Assembly (NCBI GenBank): GCA_025839675.1 | Contig: CP104013.1 | Location: 4,860,001 to 4,892,000, forward strand | Direction of reading: 5' to 3' | Length of the DNA: 32,000 bases | Source: Candidatus Lokiarchaeum ossiferum | GTDB lineage: Archaea; Asgardarchaeota; Lokiarchaeia; Sigyniarchaeales; Promethearchaeaceae | Shown: one piece after another, positions 25,344-32,000 of the stretch | Numbering within the stretch: position 1 is the first letter of the stretch | Layout: each line of letters begins with the position of its first letter | The notes under the pieces: generated by a model | Databases searched by the model: none | What the model saw: the letters and a program-made list of their open reading frames with translations, nothing else | What the model was told of the DNA's origin: nothing | Position numbers and translations under genes: made by a program

Positions 25344-25904
25344 TTATTCCGTTTGCAAACCAAATTTCTTCAAACGATTAATTATGATTTTTTCTGCTTC
25401 TTCTATTTTTAATCGATCTTCGGCAGAAATCTGTGTGTTTCCCCCATAAAAAGTATCGACTAATGTGTGGAAAATTGTTTCATTAAGATCATTTTTGTTA
25501 TATCTATGTATTCTTTTGGATGTTCCCTCAAAAGTATCCATACTGCGGGAAGCAATTACATCTATTCCTGTGCCTAAGATGTTTTTTATAAGAACATCTC
25601 CCATTTTGATAGGTGCTTGGCAAACTACATCATTTACAACTTTGATGCTTCGTAATAGATGTTGTTTTGGAATAGGTTCCACACTTCTTACTGGAATTAC
25701 TGGGAGTGTCGCACCTTCTATCCGCATAGTAGTAATCAGCATGCGAACTGGATTAGTATATTCACTTTCTCCATATGTTAATCCACGCGGGCATTGATTT
25801 CCCTTAATGTGCAACTCGCCCTCTTTATCACGCCAAACTGTTAAACGACATGAATTAGGACATATTACACATATGATTTCGCGTTCATTTATTCGTTCTT
25901 CCAT
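25344..25904 (-). CDS. DUF1667-family Cys-rich protein, third component of the GlpA-like oxidoreductase trio
   Basis: N-terminal CVICPNSCRLTV...GNQCPRG. It sits 2 nt downstream of the FAD/NAD oxidoreductase gene, the typical three-gene arrangement. Confidence 0.75.
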   Translation of the reverse strand: MEERINEREIICVICPNSCRLTVWRDKEGELHIKGNQCPRGLTYGESEYTNPVRMLITTMRIEGATLPVIPVRSVEPIPKQHLLRSIKVVNDVVCQAPIKMGDVLIKNILGTGIDVIASRSMDTFEGTSKRIHRYNKNDLNETIFHTLVDTFYGGNTQISAEDRLKIEEAEKIIINRLKKFGLQTE

Positions 25905-25906
25905 TT

Positions 25907-27235
25907 TTAGTCACCCTCCAACATCGTTTTTTCAATGATATTTATTGTCTGCTTCTTCTCTGTAACATTCACTGTGATTTCATCTCCAACATCTTCTGGG
26001 TTTAGCTTAGCATTGATATTGATCATTTCTGATGGTAGAACAAATTTGTGTCTCCTTGAATAAATAACCTTCCCCTTTGAAATTATTTGGGTACGTATAT
26101 TCGATCTTGGATTTTTTACTCGATAAGAAAATTTAATGACTTTTTCGGATGTGAGATCATCAATCCGTTCTGGTACGGTATAGCCTACATTTGTCCCCGG
26201 CTTAATCGTAACTGATCTACATGTTTCAAGAGTGGGTATTAGTAACTCCTTTTTCGCGTATAGGGCTGCATTTTTTCCTGCTTGTTCCGCTTCTTCTGTT
26301 ACCCAATCAACTAAGTCGTGAACTTGTAATACATTTCCACATGCAAAAATTCCCGGTATTGTGGTTTGAAGATACTCATTTACATTAGGACCTCCATTAT
26401 TTGCAATATCACATCCTGCTGTCGCGGAAAGTTCATTTTCGGGGATTAGTCCTACACTAAAGAGAATTGTATCACAATCGAAATGCTTTTCCGTCCCAGG
26501 AATTGGGCGCCATTTTTCATCAATTTCTGCAATTGTTGCACCTTCTACGCGTTCTTTTCCCCGAATATCAATGATTGTATGCCGTAAATATAAGGGTATT
26601 CCATAATCATCAAGGCATTGGACTTGATTTCGTTTCAAACCGCTTGGATAGGGAAGCACTTCGGATACTGCGAGCACTTTCATCCCTTCTAATATACATC
26701 TCCGTGCCATGATCATACCTATATCTCCAGATCCCAAGATTAATACTCGGTGTCCTGGAATATATCCTTCCATATTGATAAAACGCTGGGCTTGACCTGC
26801 TGGAAAAATACCTGCTGGACGGGAACCTGGGATGTTAATGGCGCCTCTGGTGCGCTCTCTACATCCCATGGCCAAAATTATTGCTTTTGTTTTGACATGG
26901 AATAATCCTGTTTTAGAATTAATAACTGATACAATTTTATTTGGTGTTAAGTTAATAACCATTGATTTCAGCATAATTTTTACATTCGATTGACCAATCA
27001 TGTCAATAAATCGCTGAGCATATTCAGGTCCTGTTAATTCTTCTTTGAAATGTTTTAATCCAAAGCCATTATGGATACATTGTTGAAGAATTCCTCCCAA
27101 TTCATTATCACGCTCTAAAACTAGTACAGAACATCCTTCTTGGTCTGCTTTCAAAGCTGCAGCAAGACCTGCAGGACCTCCTCCAATAACTACAACATCA
27201 TATTGAATTTCTTTAATCTCATTATTTGCGCTCAT
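25907..27235 (-). CDS. FAD/NAD(P)-dependent pyridine nucleotide-disulfide-type oxidoreductase
   Basis: Dinucleotide fold DVVVIGGGPAGLAAAL...LERDNELGGIL, a second fold at RVLILGSGDIGMIMA, and GIFACGNV near the C-terminal FAD contact. Confidence 0.85.
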   Translation of the reverse strand: MSANNEIKEIQYDVVVIGGGPAGLAAALKADQEGCSVLVLERDNELGGILQQCIHNGFGLKHFKEELTGPEYAQRFIDMIGQSNVKIMLKSMVINLTPNKIVSVINSKTGLFHVKTKAIILAMGCRERTRGAINIPGSRPAGIFPAGQAQRFINMEGYIPGHRVLILGSGDIGMIMARRCILEGMKVLAVSEVLPYPSGLKRNQVQCLDDYGIPLYLRHTIIDIRGKERVEGATIAEIDEKWRPIPGTEKHFDCDTILFSVGLIPENELSATAGCDIANNGGPNVNEYLQTTIPGIFACGNVLQVHDLVDWVTEEAEQAGKNAALYAKKELLIPTLETCRSVTIKPGTNVGYTVPERIDDLTSEKVIKFSYRVKNPRSNIRTQIISKGKVIYSRRHKFVLPSEMININAKLNPEDVGDEITVNVTEKKQTINIIEKTMLEGD

Positions 27236-27249
27236 AATTATTCTTCCTC

Positions 27250-28722
27250 CTATAGATTTTCTCCTTGATATATTTCCGAATTCAAGTTCTTAGAACGTTT
27301 AAATACAACTTGTGAATCTCCGCCGGTTTTAGTGATCTGCTCATAGATCATTTCACATTCCCGTGATATAATCTTCATGATTTTTGCTTGGCAGAATCCT
27401 CCTTGACATCTCCCCATCCCTGGACGTAATCGCCGTTTGACCATATCTGTATTTGTACACGGGATAAGTGTATGGCAAGATTTGACTATTTCTGCTTCTG
27501 TAACTAATTCACAGCGACAAATCATATTTCCCCATTGTGGATTTTCTTCGATTTTTTTGGCTAATTGAGCTTCCGATAAATCAGCATAGCGAACCTGTTT
27601 TTTACGGGTAGCAATATAATTGTCTTTTTCTACTAAAACATATTTACATTCATTTTTAATTATCGTCTCTACTTTCTCTGCAATCGCTAAACATGAAGAT
27701 AATCCTGGTGAATCAATTCCTGCCGCATGGATGAAGTTAGTAACTGAAGAAAGTTCAACGATGAAATCGTGACGTAATGTGCTTGCACGAATGCCTGCAA
27801 AATTGGTGATGTGTTTTCGGAATGGAAGATCTACCAATTTCATACCTCCTGTTAAAATTTCATTTAATCCTTCGGTAGTAGTCTGATTTCCTTCCACATC
27901 ATTAATTTCATCGGCATTTGGTCCTACATAAAAATTTCCATGGAGAGTTGGACCTACAACAATTCCTTTAGAAACCACTGTTGGACATGGAAAAAGAATT
28001 TTTTTAAGTGGAAGGGAATTTTTATCGAACATAATATATTCTCCTCTGCGAGGAATGATGTTGAAACTTTCATCTCCGACCATTTTTGCGATTTTATCAG
28101 AATATATCCCTGCAGCATTAATAATGGTTCTAGCTGTTATTTTTCTTCCATCAGTCGAATGAATACTAAATTCATCTGCTTCACGTTTGATGAATCCAAC
28201 ATTATATTCTAAAAATAGTTTTACTCCATTGGCTACACTATTTTCTGCTAAGGCGATAGTAAGTTCCCATGGAACAATAATTCCAGCTGTTGGAAAATGT
28301 AGTACTGCTATAACTTCATTTTTCAGATTAGGTTCTAATTCCTTGATTTTGATAGGATCGTCAATAAATTCGACTTCAACATTACGATTTATACTTTTAG
28401 TAAGTTCTCCTTGTAATGTCTTAACTTCATTTTGATTCGTTGCGCAAAATAATGCCCCTGTGCGTTTATAATCTACGCCAAGCTGAGGACAGATTTCATC
28501 AAATAATTCATTTCCACGAAGACTTAAGGATTCTTTCAAAGATCCTTTGGCAGTAAAATATCCTTGATGGATAATACCACTATTTGCTTTGCTTGTCCCC
28601 ATAGCAACATCTGCGTCTTTTTCAATTAAGGCTATTTTTAAATTATACTTGGCCAAACGTTGAGCGATTGAAGTGCCCACGCATCCAGCACCAATGATTG
28701 CAATATCATAATCCATTTTCAT
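27250..28722 (-). CDS. FAD-dependent oxidoreductase of the GlpA / glycerol-3-phosphate dehydrogenase-like (DAO) family with a C-terminal BFD-like [2Fe-2S] domain
   Basis: DIAIIGAGCVGTSIAQRL...IEKDADVAMGTSKANSGIIH (FAD fold). The C-terminal ICRCELVTEAEIV...RRLRPGMGRCQGGFC is a BFD-like Cys4 motif. It is the first gene of the trio. Confidence 0.8.
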   Translation of the reverse strand: MKMDYDIAIIGAGCVGTSIAQRLAKYNLKIALIEKDADVAMGTSKANSGIIHQGYFTAKGSLKESLSLRGNELFDEICPQLGVDYKRTGALFCATNQNEVKTLQGELTKSINRNVEVEFIDDPIKIKELEPNLKNEVIAVLHFPTAGIIVPWELTIALAENSVANGVKLFLEYNVGFIKREADEFSIHSTDGRKITARTIINAAGIYSDKIAKMVGDESFNIIPRRGEYIMFDKNSLPLKKILFPCPTVVSKGIVVGPTLHGNFYVGPNADEINDVEGNQTTTEGLNEILTGGMKLVDLPFRKHITNFAGIRASTLRHDFIVELSSVTNFIHAAGIDSPGLSSCLAIAEKVETIIKNECKYVLVEKDNYIATRKKQVRYADLSEAQLAKKIEENPQWGNMICRCELVTEAEIVKSCHTLIPCTNTDMVKRRLRPGMGRCQGGFCQAKIMKIISRECEMIYEQITKTGGDSQVVFKRSKNLNSEIYQGENL

Positions 28723-28924
28723 TTCAACTCTATTACTATCGAAAATTATTTTGTCACTAATAAATTCTGTGGGATTTTTTTCGGAAAAAAAGTAAAAAAA
28801 TCACTTAATTCTTCGTTATCCCCGCGATATCATATTTTTTATGTTTTGAGATGGTTAGATTCCTTTATTATTTTTTAGAAAAAGATGAAATTGAGTTCAT
28901 AAATGATCATGGGCGTGATCACCT

Positions 28925-30283
28925 ATGGAAACCAAACTTACCAAGGAAGAACTAATTGAGAAGTCCAAAATCCCTTCAAAAAATGCGATGAAAATGCATC
29001 CATTTTATAAAGGGAAATTACAAGTAATGCCTCGTTGCTCCGTACGCGATTTTCAAGATTTTGGGATCTGGTATAGTCCAGGTGTAGCAGCACCTTGTAA
29101 TGATATTTATCAGAATCCAGAAACCGTTTACAAACATACAAGTAAGTGGAATTATGTGGCGGTGGTTAGTGATGGGACTCGCGTGTTAGGTTTAGGAAAT
29201 ATTGGGCCAGAAGCGGGATTGCCTGTAATGGAAGGGAAGGCCTTGTTGTTCAAATATTTGGGTGGTGTTGATGCATTTCCCTTATGTGTTGGGCCTAATA
29301 TGGATGCTGAACAAATAATCCAATTAGTGAAATGGATTCAACCAACCTTTGGGGGAATAAATTTGGAAGATATTCAAAAACCTAAATGTTTCAAGGTATT
29401 AGATGCCCTTCGGAAAGATCCTGATATTCATATTCCGGTTTGGCATGACGATCAGCAAGGAACTGCGTGTGTTACTGTTGCAGGAATGATTAATGCTTTG
29501 AAAGTAGTAGGCAAAAAGCGAAAGGATGTAAAAATTGTGTTTAATGGTGTGGGAGCAAGTAATTTTGCTATACAACGATTGCTAGGAACTGCCGGATTTA
29601 ATACAAGAAGTGCTCTATACGTTGATTCTCGAGGTATTCTTTATAAAGAACGGGAAGATCTTCTTTCTCCTGACAATTATAAATATGAAATTGCGCAAAG
29701 AAGCAATCGTGAACAAATTCAAGGTGATTGTGGAACTGCTCTTGAAGGAGCGGATGTTCTGATCTCATTATCCAGATCTGGTCCCGGAGTTATCCAAAAA
29801 GAATGGATTTCAAAAATGGCAAATGATGCTGTGGTATTCACTTGTGCAAATCCTGTTCCTGAAATATTTCCATGGGATTCAAAAGAGGCGGGTGCACGAA
29901 TTGTGGCGACTGGAAGATCTGATTTTCCAAATCAAGTTAACAATTCAGTTGGATTCCCTGGAATATTTCGTGGTACTTTAGATGTTAGAGCAACAACAAT
30001 TACTGATGAGATGTGTATTGCAGCCGCTGAAGAACTTGCCAAATTTGCTGCTCACAAGGGTATTAGTGAGAATTATATCATTCCTACTATGGAAGATATG
30101 CAAGTTTTTATTGATGAGGCAGTTGCTGTTGGTCAAAAAGCAATTGAACAGAATGTTGCTCGAATTCGACTTTCTGCGGATGAAGCAAGGGATATTGCCA
30201 CCAAACTCATTACTGATTCCCACGATCAAACAAAATTGTTAATGAAAGAAGGATTTATTCCAGAATATCCAAATTATCTTTAA
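28925..30283 (+). CDS. NAD(P)-dependent malic enzyme (short prokaryotic type)
   Basis: VVSDGTRVLGLGNIGPEAGLPVMEGKALLFKYLGGVDAFPL, FGGINLEDI, HDDQQGTA, FNGVGASNFA and NNSVGFPGIFRG are canonical malic-enzyme motifs. Confidence 0.92.
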   Translation: METKLTKEELIEKSKIPSKNAMKMHPFYKGKLQVMPRCSVRDFQDFGIWYSPGVAAPCNDIYQNPETVYKHTSKWNYVAVVSDGTRVLGLGNIGPEAGLPVMEGKALLFKYLGGVDAFPLCVGPNMDAEQIIQLVKWIQPTFGGINLEDIQKPKCFKVLDALRKDPDIHIPVWHDDQQGTACVTVAGMINALKVVGKKRKDVKIVFNGVGASNFAIQRLLGTAGFNTRSALYVDSRGILYKEREDLLSPDNYKYEIAQRSNREQIQGDCGTALEGADVLISLSRSGPGVIQKEWISKMANDAVVFTCANPVPEIFPWDSKEAGARIVATGRSDFPNQVNNSVGFPGIFRGTLDVRATTITDEMCIAAAEELAKFAAHKGISENYIIPTMEDMQVFIDEAVAVGQKAIEQNVARIRLSADEARDIATKLITDSHDQTKLLMKEGFIPEYPNYL

Positions 30284-30297
30284 TTCTTTTGGTGTAA

Positions 30298-30311
30298 TTT
30301 TTTTTTTTTTT
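30298..30311 (+). terminator. Oligo-T tract (T14), a candidate archaeal intrinsic terminator after the malic enzyme gene
   Basis: An uninterrupted run of 14 T starts 15 nt after the stop codon. Archaeal RNAP is known to terminate at oligo-T tracts. Confidence 0.55.
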
Positions 30312-30543
30312 AAATTTAATTATTTGTTAAAATAATTCTAATTACAAAAATGGAAAAAAAAACGTTCGATTAAATGGAAGATTTGGTCTTTTAACGAATG
30401 TCATTTGATAGCTATTTATAACCTTAGGTTAAAACTATTCCAATTGCTCACCCATAAATGAGATTTCTTCCACATCTATTTTAAAGAATTAATATGTATT
30501 CTTTTGAATGAATTCATCATCCGAGGGATAGGAACACGAATCT

Positions 30544-31035
30544 ATGTCTTCACATGACATCACTGATATGGAAATTGGTATTGCTTTAAGCCATTATCAT
30601 CATAAACTTGGGCCCCAATTTGTTGGAATTAGTTTCAACTTTACTTCATTTGATTCCATCAGTCAGTATAATATTCTTCAAGATTCAATATCCTCACGAT
30701 CGAATGACCTTGCCTTATTTGTGAACAATAAGGAAGGAACCCCCTATACTATCCGAATTAAGAAAATTAAAATATTGGATCCCTTAGCTCGGGGCGGGGT
30801 ACAAAGATATGCTGTAGTACTATTAATTCCAAGTGATTTACAAAAATTTGATTTTAATATCGAGGAAATTGCAGAAGATTTAATAGATAAATTGTCCCAA
30901 GGTGCCAACATTCATCAATCTTTAAATGCATGGCATACATTATTGAATGATCAATTTGGGGCAATCAAACCTGATGAAGAGCTTAAAATTGTACGACGTA
31001 TTAAACCCAAAACTCAAACTTTAGACTTATTTTAA
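30544..31035 (+). CDS. Stand-alone folliculin/Lst7-like longin-domain protein (163 aa)
   Basis: The N-terminus MEIGIALSHYHHKLGPQF parallels the N-terminus of the 16302 gene (MVIGLVLTHWDTQLGPLI) and, from memory, human FLCN (AIVALCHFCELHGPRTLF). ILDPLARGGVQRYAVVLLI parallels FLCN IKDSLARGFQRWYSIITIM. R83 is encoded at 30790-30792. The strand/helix order is longin-like. The assignment is by eye, not by profile search. Confidence 0.55.
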   Translation: MSSHDITDMEIGIALSHYHHKLGPQFVGISFNFTSFDSISQYNILQDSISSRSNDLALFVNNKEGTPYTIRIKKIKILDPLARGGVQRYAVVLLIPSDLQKFDFNIEEIAEDLIDKLSQGANIHQSLNAWHTLLNDQFGAIKPDEELKIVRRIKPKTQTLDLF

Positions 31036-31044
31036 TTTTTTTTT
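31036..31044 (+). terminator. Oligo-T tract (T9) immediately after the folliculin-like longin gene
   Basis: T9 directly follows stop 31033-31035, and a further T5 follows 4 nt later. Confidence 0.45.
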
Positions 31045-31261
31045 ATTATTTTTGATTACGTTGCTTCCTATCCTTCTAAACGTCTATTATTCTTCTTAAA
31101 TTCTTATTTGGTAAATTATTTTGAAAGTGATTTTGAATCATCGATTTGATATTATTCAGAATGGATGAGGTCAAATTTGATTATTATTCATCTTATTCTA
31201 AAATAATGATGAAATTCATTTTAAGTTCAACTGTCTTTTCTAGTCAATAACAGTGATTTCT

Positions 31262-32000
31262 ATGGGAAATGAAAAATATACGTATGTACCATTCGAAGCA
31301 TTATGGCAACTCGAAAAAGATTCTTTTATTGGCATGGGTGTTCCAGATGAGGATGCAAAAATTTGTGCGGATGTGTTATTTGAAGCGGATAAACGAGGTA
31401 TTGATAGTCACGGTGTTGGACGACTATTTATGTATTATGCACGTGTTCGCCGAGGACAACAAAAAGCTACCACAAAAATAACGGTGGAACGTGAGAAAGC
31501 TGGAACTGCTCGATTGGCTGCTGATAATGGTATGGGGCAACCTGTATCTCATAAAGCGATGCAAATGGCGATTGATAAAGCAAAAAAATGTGGAATTGGG
31601 ATGGTGACTGTTGGAGAATCTAATCATTATGGGATTGCAGGTTATTATTCTCTTATGGCTTCAGAACAAGGGTGTATTGGTATAACTGGTACAAACGCAC
31701 GTCCATCTATCGCTCCAACTTGGTCTGTTGAACCGATGCTTGGAACAAATCCCCTTACTATTGCATTTCCAACAGATTATGAACCTACGGGAGGTCATTG
31801 GTTTGCTGATCATGCCACAAGCATTACTCAACGAGGAAAAATTGAGTGGTATGCGCGATTAAATAAACCTGCTCCAAAAGGTTGGGTGATAAACTCTTCT
31901 GGAGAGAATCCTACTGATACAAACCAAATTCTTAAAGATATGTTAGCAAAAAAAGCTGCTCTTACTCCTCTTGGAGGTAGTGGTGAAGAATTGGGTGGTT
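31262..32000 (+). CDS. Ldh2-family malate/L-lactate/L-sulfolactate-type dehydrogenase, N-terminal part (continues beyond the window)
   Basis: Not in the ORF track as such, because it is open at the window end. My translation from ATG 31262 reads MGNEKYTYVPFEALWQLEKDSFIGMGVPDEDAKICADVLFEADKRGIDSHGVGRL...GESNHYGIAGYY...EPMLGTNPLTIAFP...HATSITQRGKIE...LTPLGGSGEELGG. These are typical Ldh_2 family motifs (SHG, NH.G, G.NP, G..KG context). Confidence 0.85.
   Translation, partial: MGNEKYTYVPFEALWQLEKDSFIGMGVPDEDAKICADVLFEADKRGIDSHGVGRLFMYYARVRRGQQKATTKITVEREKAGTARLAADNGMGQPVSHKAMQMAIDKAKKCGIGMVTVGESNHYGIAGYYSLMASEQGCIGITGTNARPSIAPTWSVEPMLGTNPLTIAFPTDYEPTGGHWFADHATSITQRGKIEWYARLNKPAPKGWVINSSGENPTDTNQILKDMLAKKAALTPLGGSGEELGG

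Noticed and set aside
28906-28923. tgatca-n6-tgatca palindromic hexamer pair immediately upstream of the malic enzyme ATG as an operator
   Set aside because: The hexamers are short. They overlap the position where a ribosome-binding region would be expected, and there is no second occurrence in the window. The evidence is insufficient.
2480-30242. Nested or antisense short ORFs: 2480..2716, 4674..4874, 6889..7176, 8733..9140, 14023..14295, 14997..15266, 16819..17082, 17618..17959, 17841..18044, 18482..18754, 18920..19180, 19514..19750, 19629..19811, 19983..20207, 21304..21486, 22655..22858, 25465..25797, 27940..28212, 28187..28435, 28938..29141, 29978..30229, 29982..30242
   Set aside because: Each lies wholly inside a longer ORF that has recognisable domain motifs or a coherent architecture. 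Their translations are low-complexity with no motifs.
30514-30520. Possible C/D-box sRNA on the minus strand (GATGATGA) upstream of the longin gene
   Set aside because: Reading ~100 nt downstream on the minus strand, I found no CTGA D or D' box, so the call is not supported.
31021-31035. Shared C-terminal ...LDLF tail between the folliculin-like longin protein (TQTLDLF) and TBP1 (LDLDLLDLF), with TBP2 ending DDDQLFF, as a common docking motif
   Set aside because: The match is only 3-4 residues. Acidic/hydrophobic tails are common on archaeal TBPs. This is too short to separate from chance without conservation data.
31206-31212. Possible C/D-box sRNA: a C-box-like ATGATGA in the intergenic region before the Ldh2 gene
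   Set aside because: No CTGA D box and no terminal complementary stem occur within the next ~70 nt. Only a GTGA is present. An isolated heptamer in AT-rich DNA is not sufficient.
31269-31627. Track ORFs 31269..31481 (+) and 31424..31627 (-)
   Set aside because: A different plus-strand frame starting at ATG 31262 stays open to the window end. It encodes unmistakable Ldh2-family dehydrogenase motifs, so these two are out-of-frame or antisense shadows.
1-32000. Scan for CRISPR arrays, tRNA/rRNA genes, transposases, integrases, toxin-antitoxin pairs or classic defence genes
   Set aside because: No regularly spaced repeats, no GC-rich structured RNA-like segments in the intergenic regions, and no recombinase, nuclease or defence-type motifs appear in any long ORF. 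The window reads as core chromosome.

Overview
AT-rich archaeal chromosomal segment. I found no rRNA, tRNA, CRISPR array, transposase or integrase. The gene content points to an Asgard (Loki- or Heimdall-like) archaeon: two TATA-binding proteins, an RPB9/TFS-type zinc ribbon, ADP-forming acetyl-CoA synthetase alpha, Shine-Dalgarno motifs, oligo-T terminators, and several eukaryote-like small GTPases fused to longin or roadblock domains. This taxonomic call is inference from gene content only.

The window has three blocks.

(1) 1-9529, minus strand: a tightly coupled four-gene envelope operon. It encodes an ABC ATPase, a double-FtsX (MacB/FtsEX-type) permease, a 1330-aa C-terminally anchored, sequon-rich surface protein, and a membrane-anchored subtilase.

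(2) 9870-22081: a regulatory island. It holds two paralogous Rag/Gtr-like GTPases, identified by HKxD instead of NKxD, a TSIK G5 region, and C-terminal roadblock-like domains. One carries a putative winged helix. The other carries an N-terminal folliculin-like longin domain and sits 12 nt upstream of a TBP gene. The island also holds a KaiC/GvpD-like tandem ATPase with a dead second P-loop, coupled to a Rab-like GTPase with an aberrant switch II (DLASQ). It further contains a second, divergent TBP heading an operon with a long coiled-coil protein, and a truncated TFS/RPB9-like zinc ribbon.

(3) 22452-32000: metabolism. It encodes a glycerophosphodiester phosphodiesterase, a GlpA-like/FAD-NAD oxidoreductase/DUF1667 trio, an SDR epimerase with a Cys4 insertion, malic enzyme and an Ldh2-family dehydrogenase. 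A stand-alone 163-aa protein is embedded here. Its N-terminus and LARG motif resemble the folliculin/Lst7 longin domain, including the Rag-GAP arginine finger.

The most interesting hypothesis is an archaeal Rag GTPase / folliculin-like longin / roadblock signalling module physically linked to basal transcription factors.
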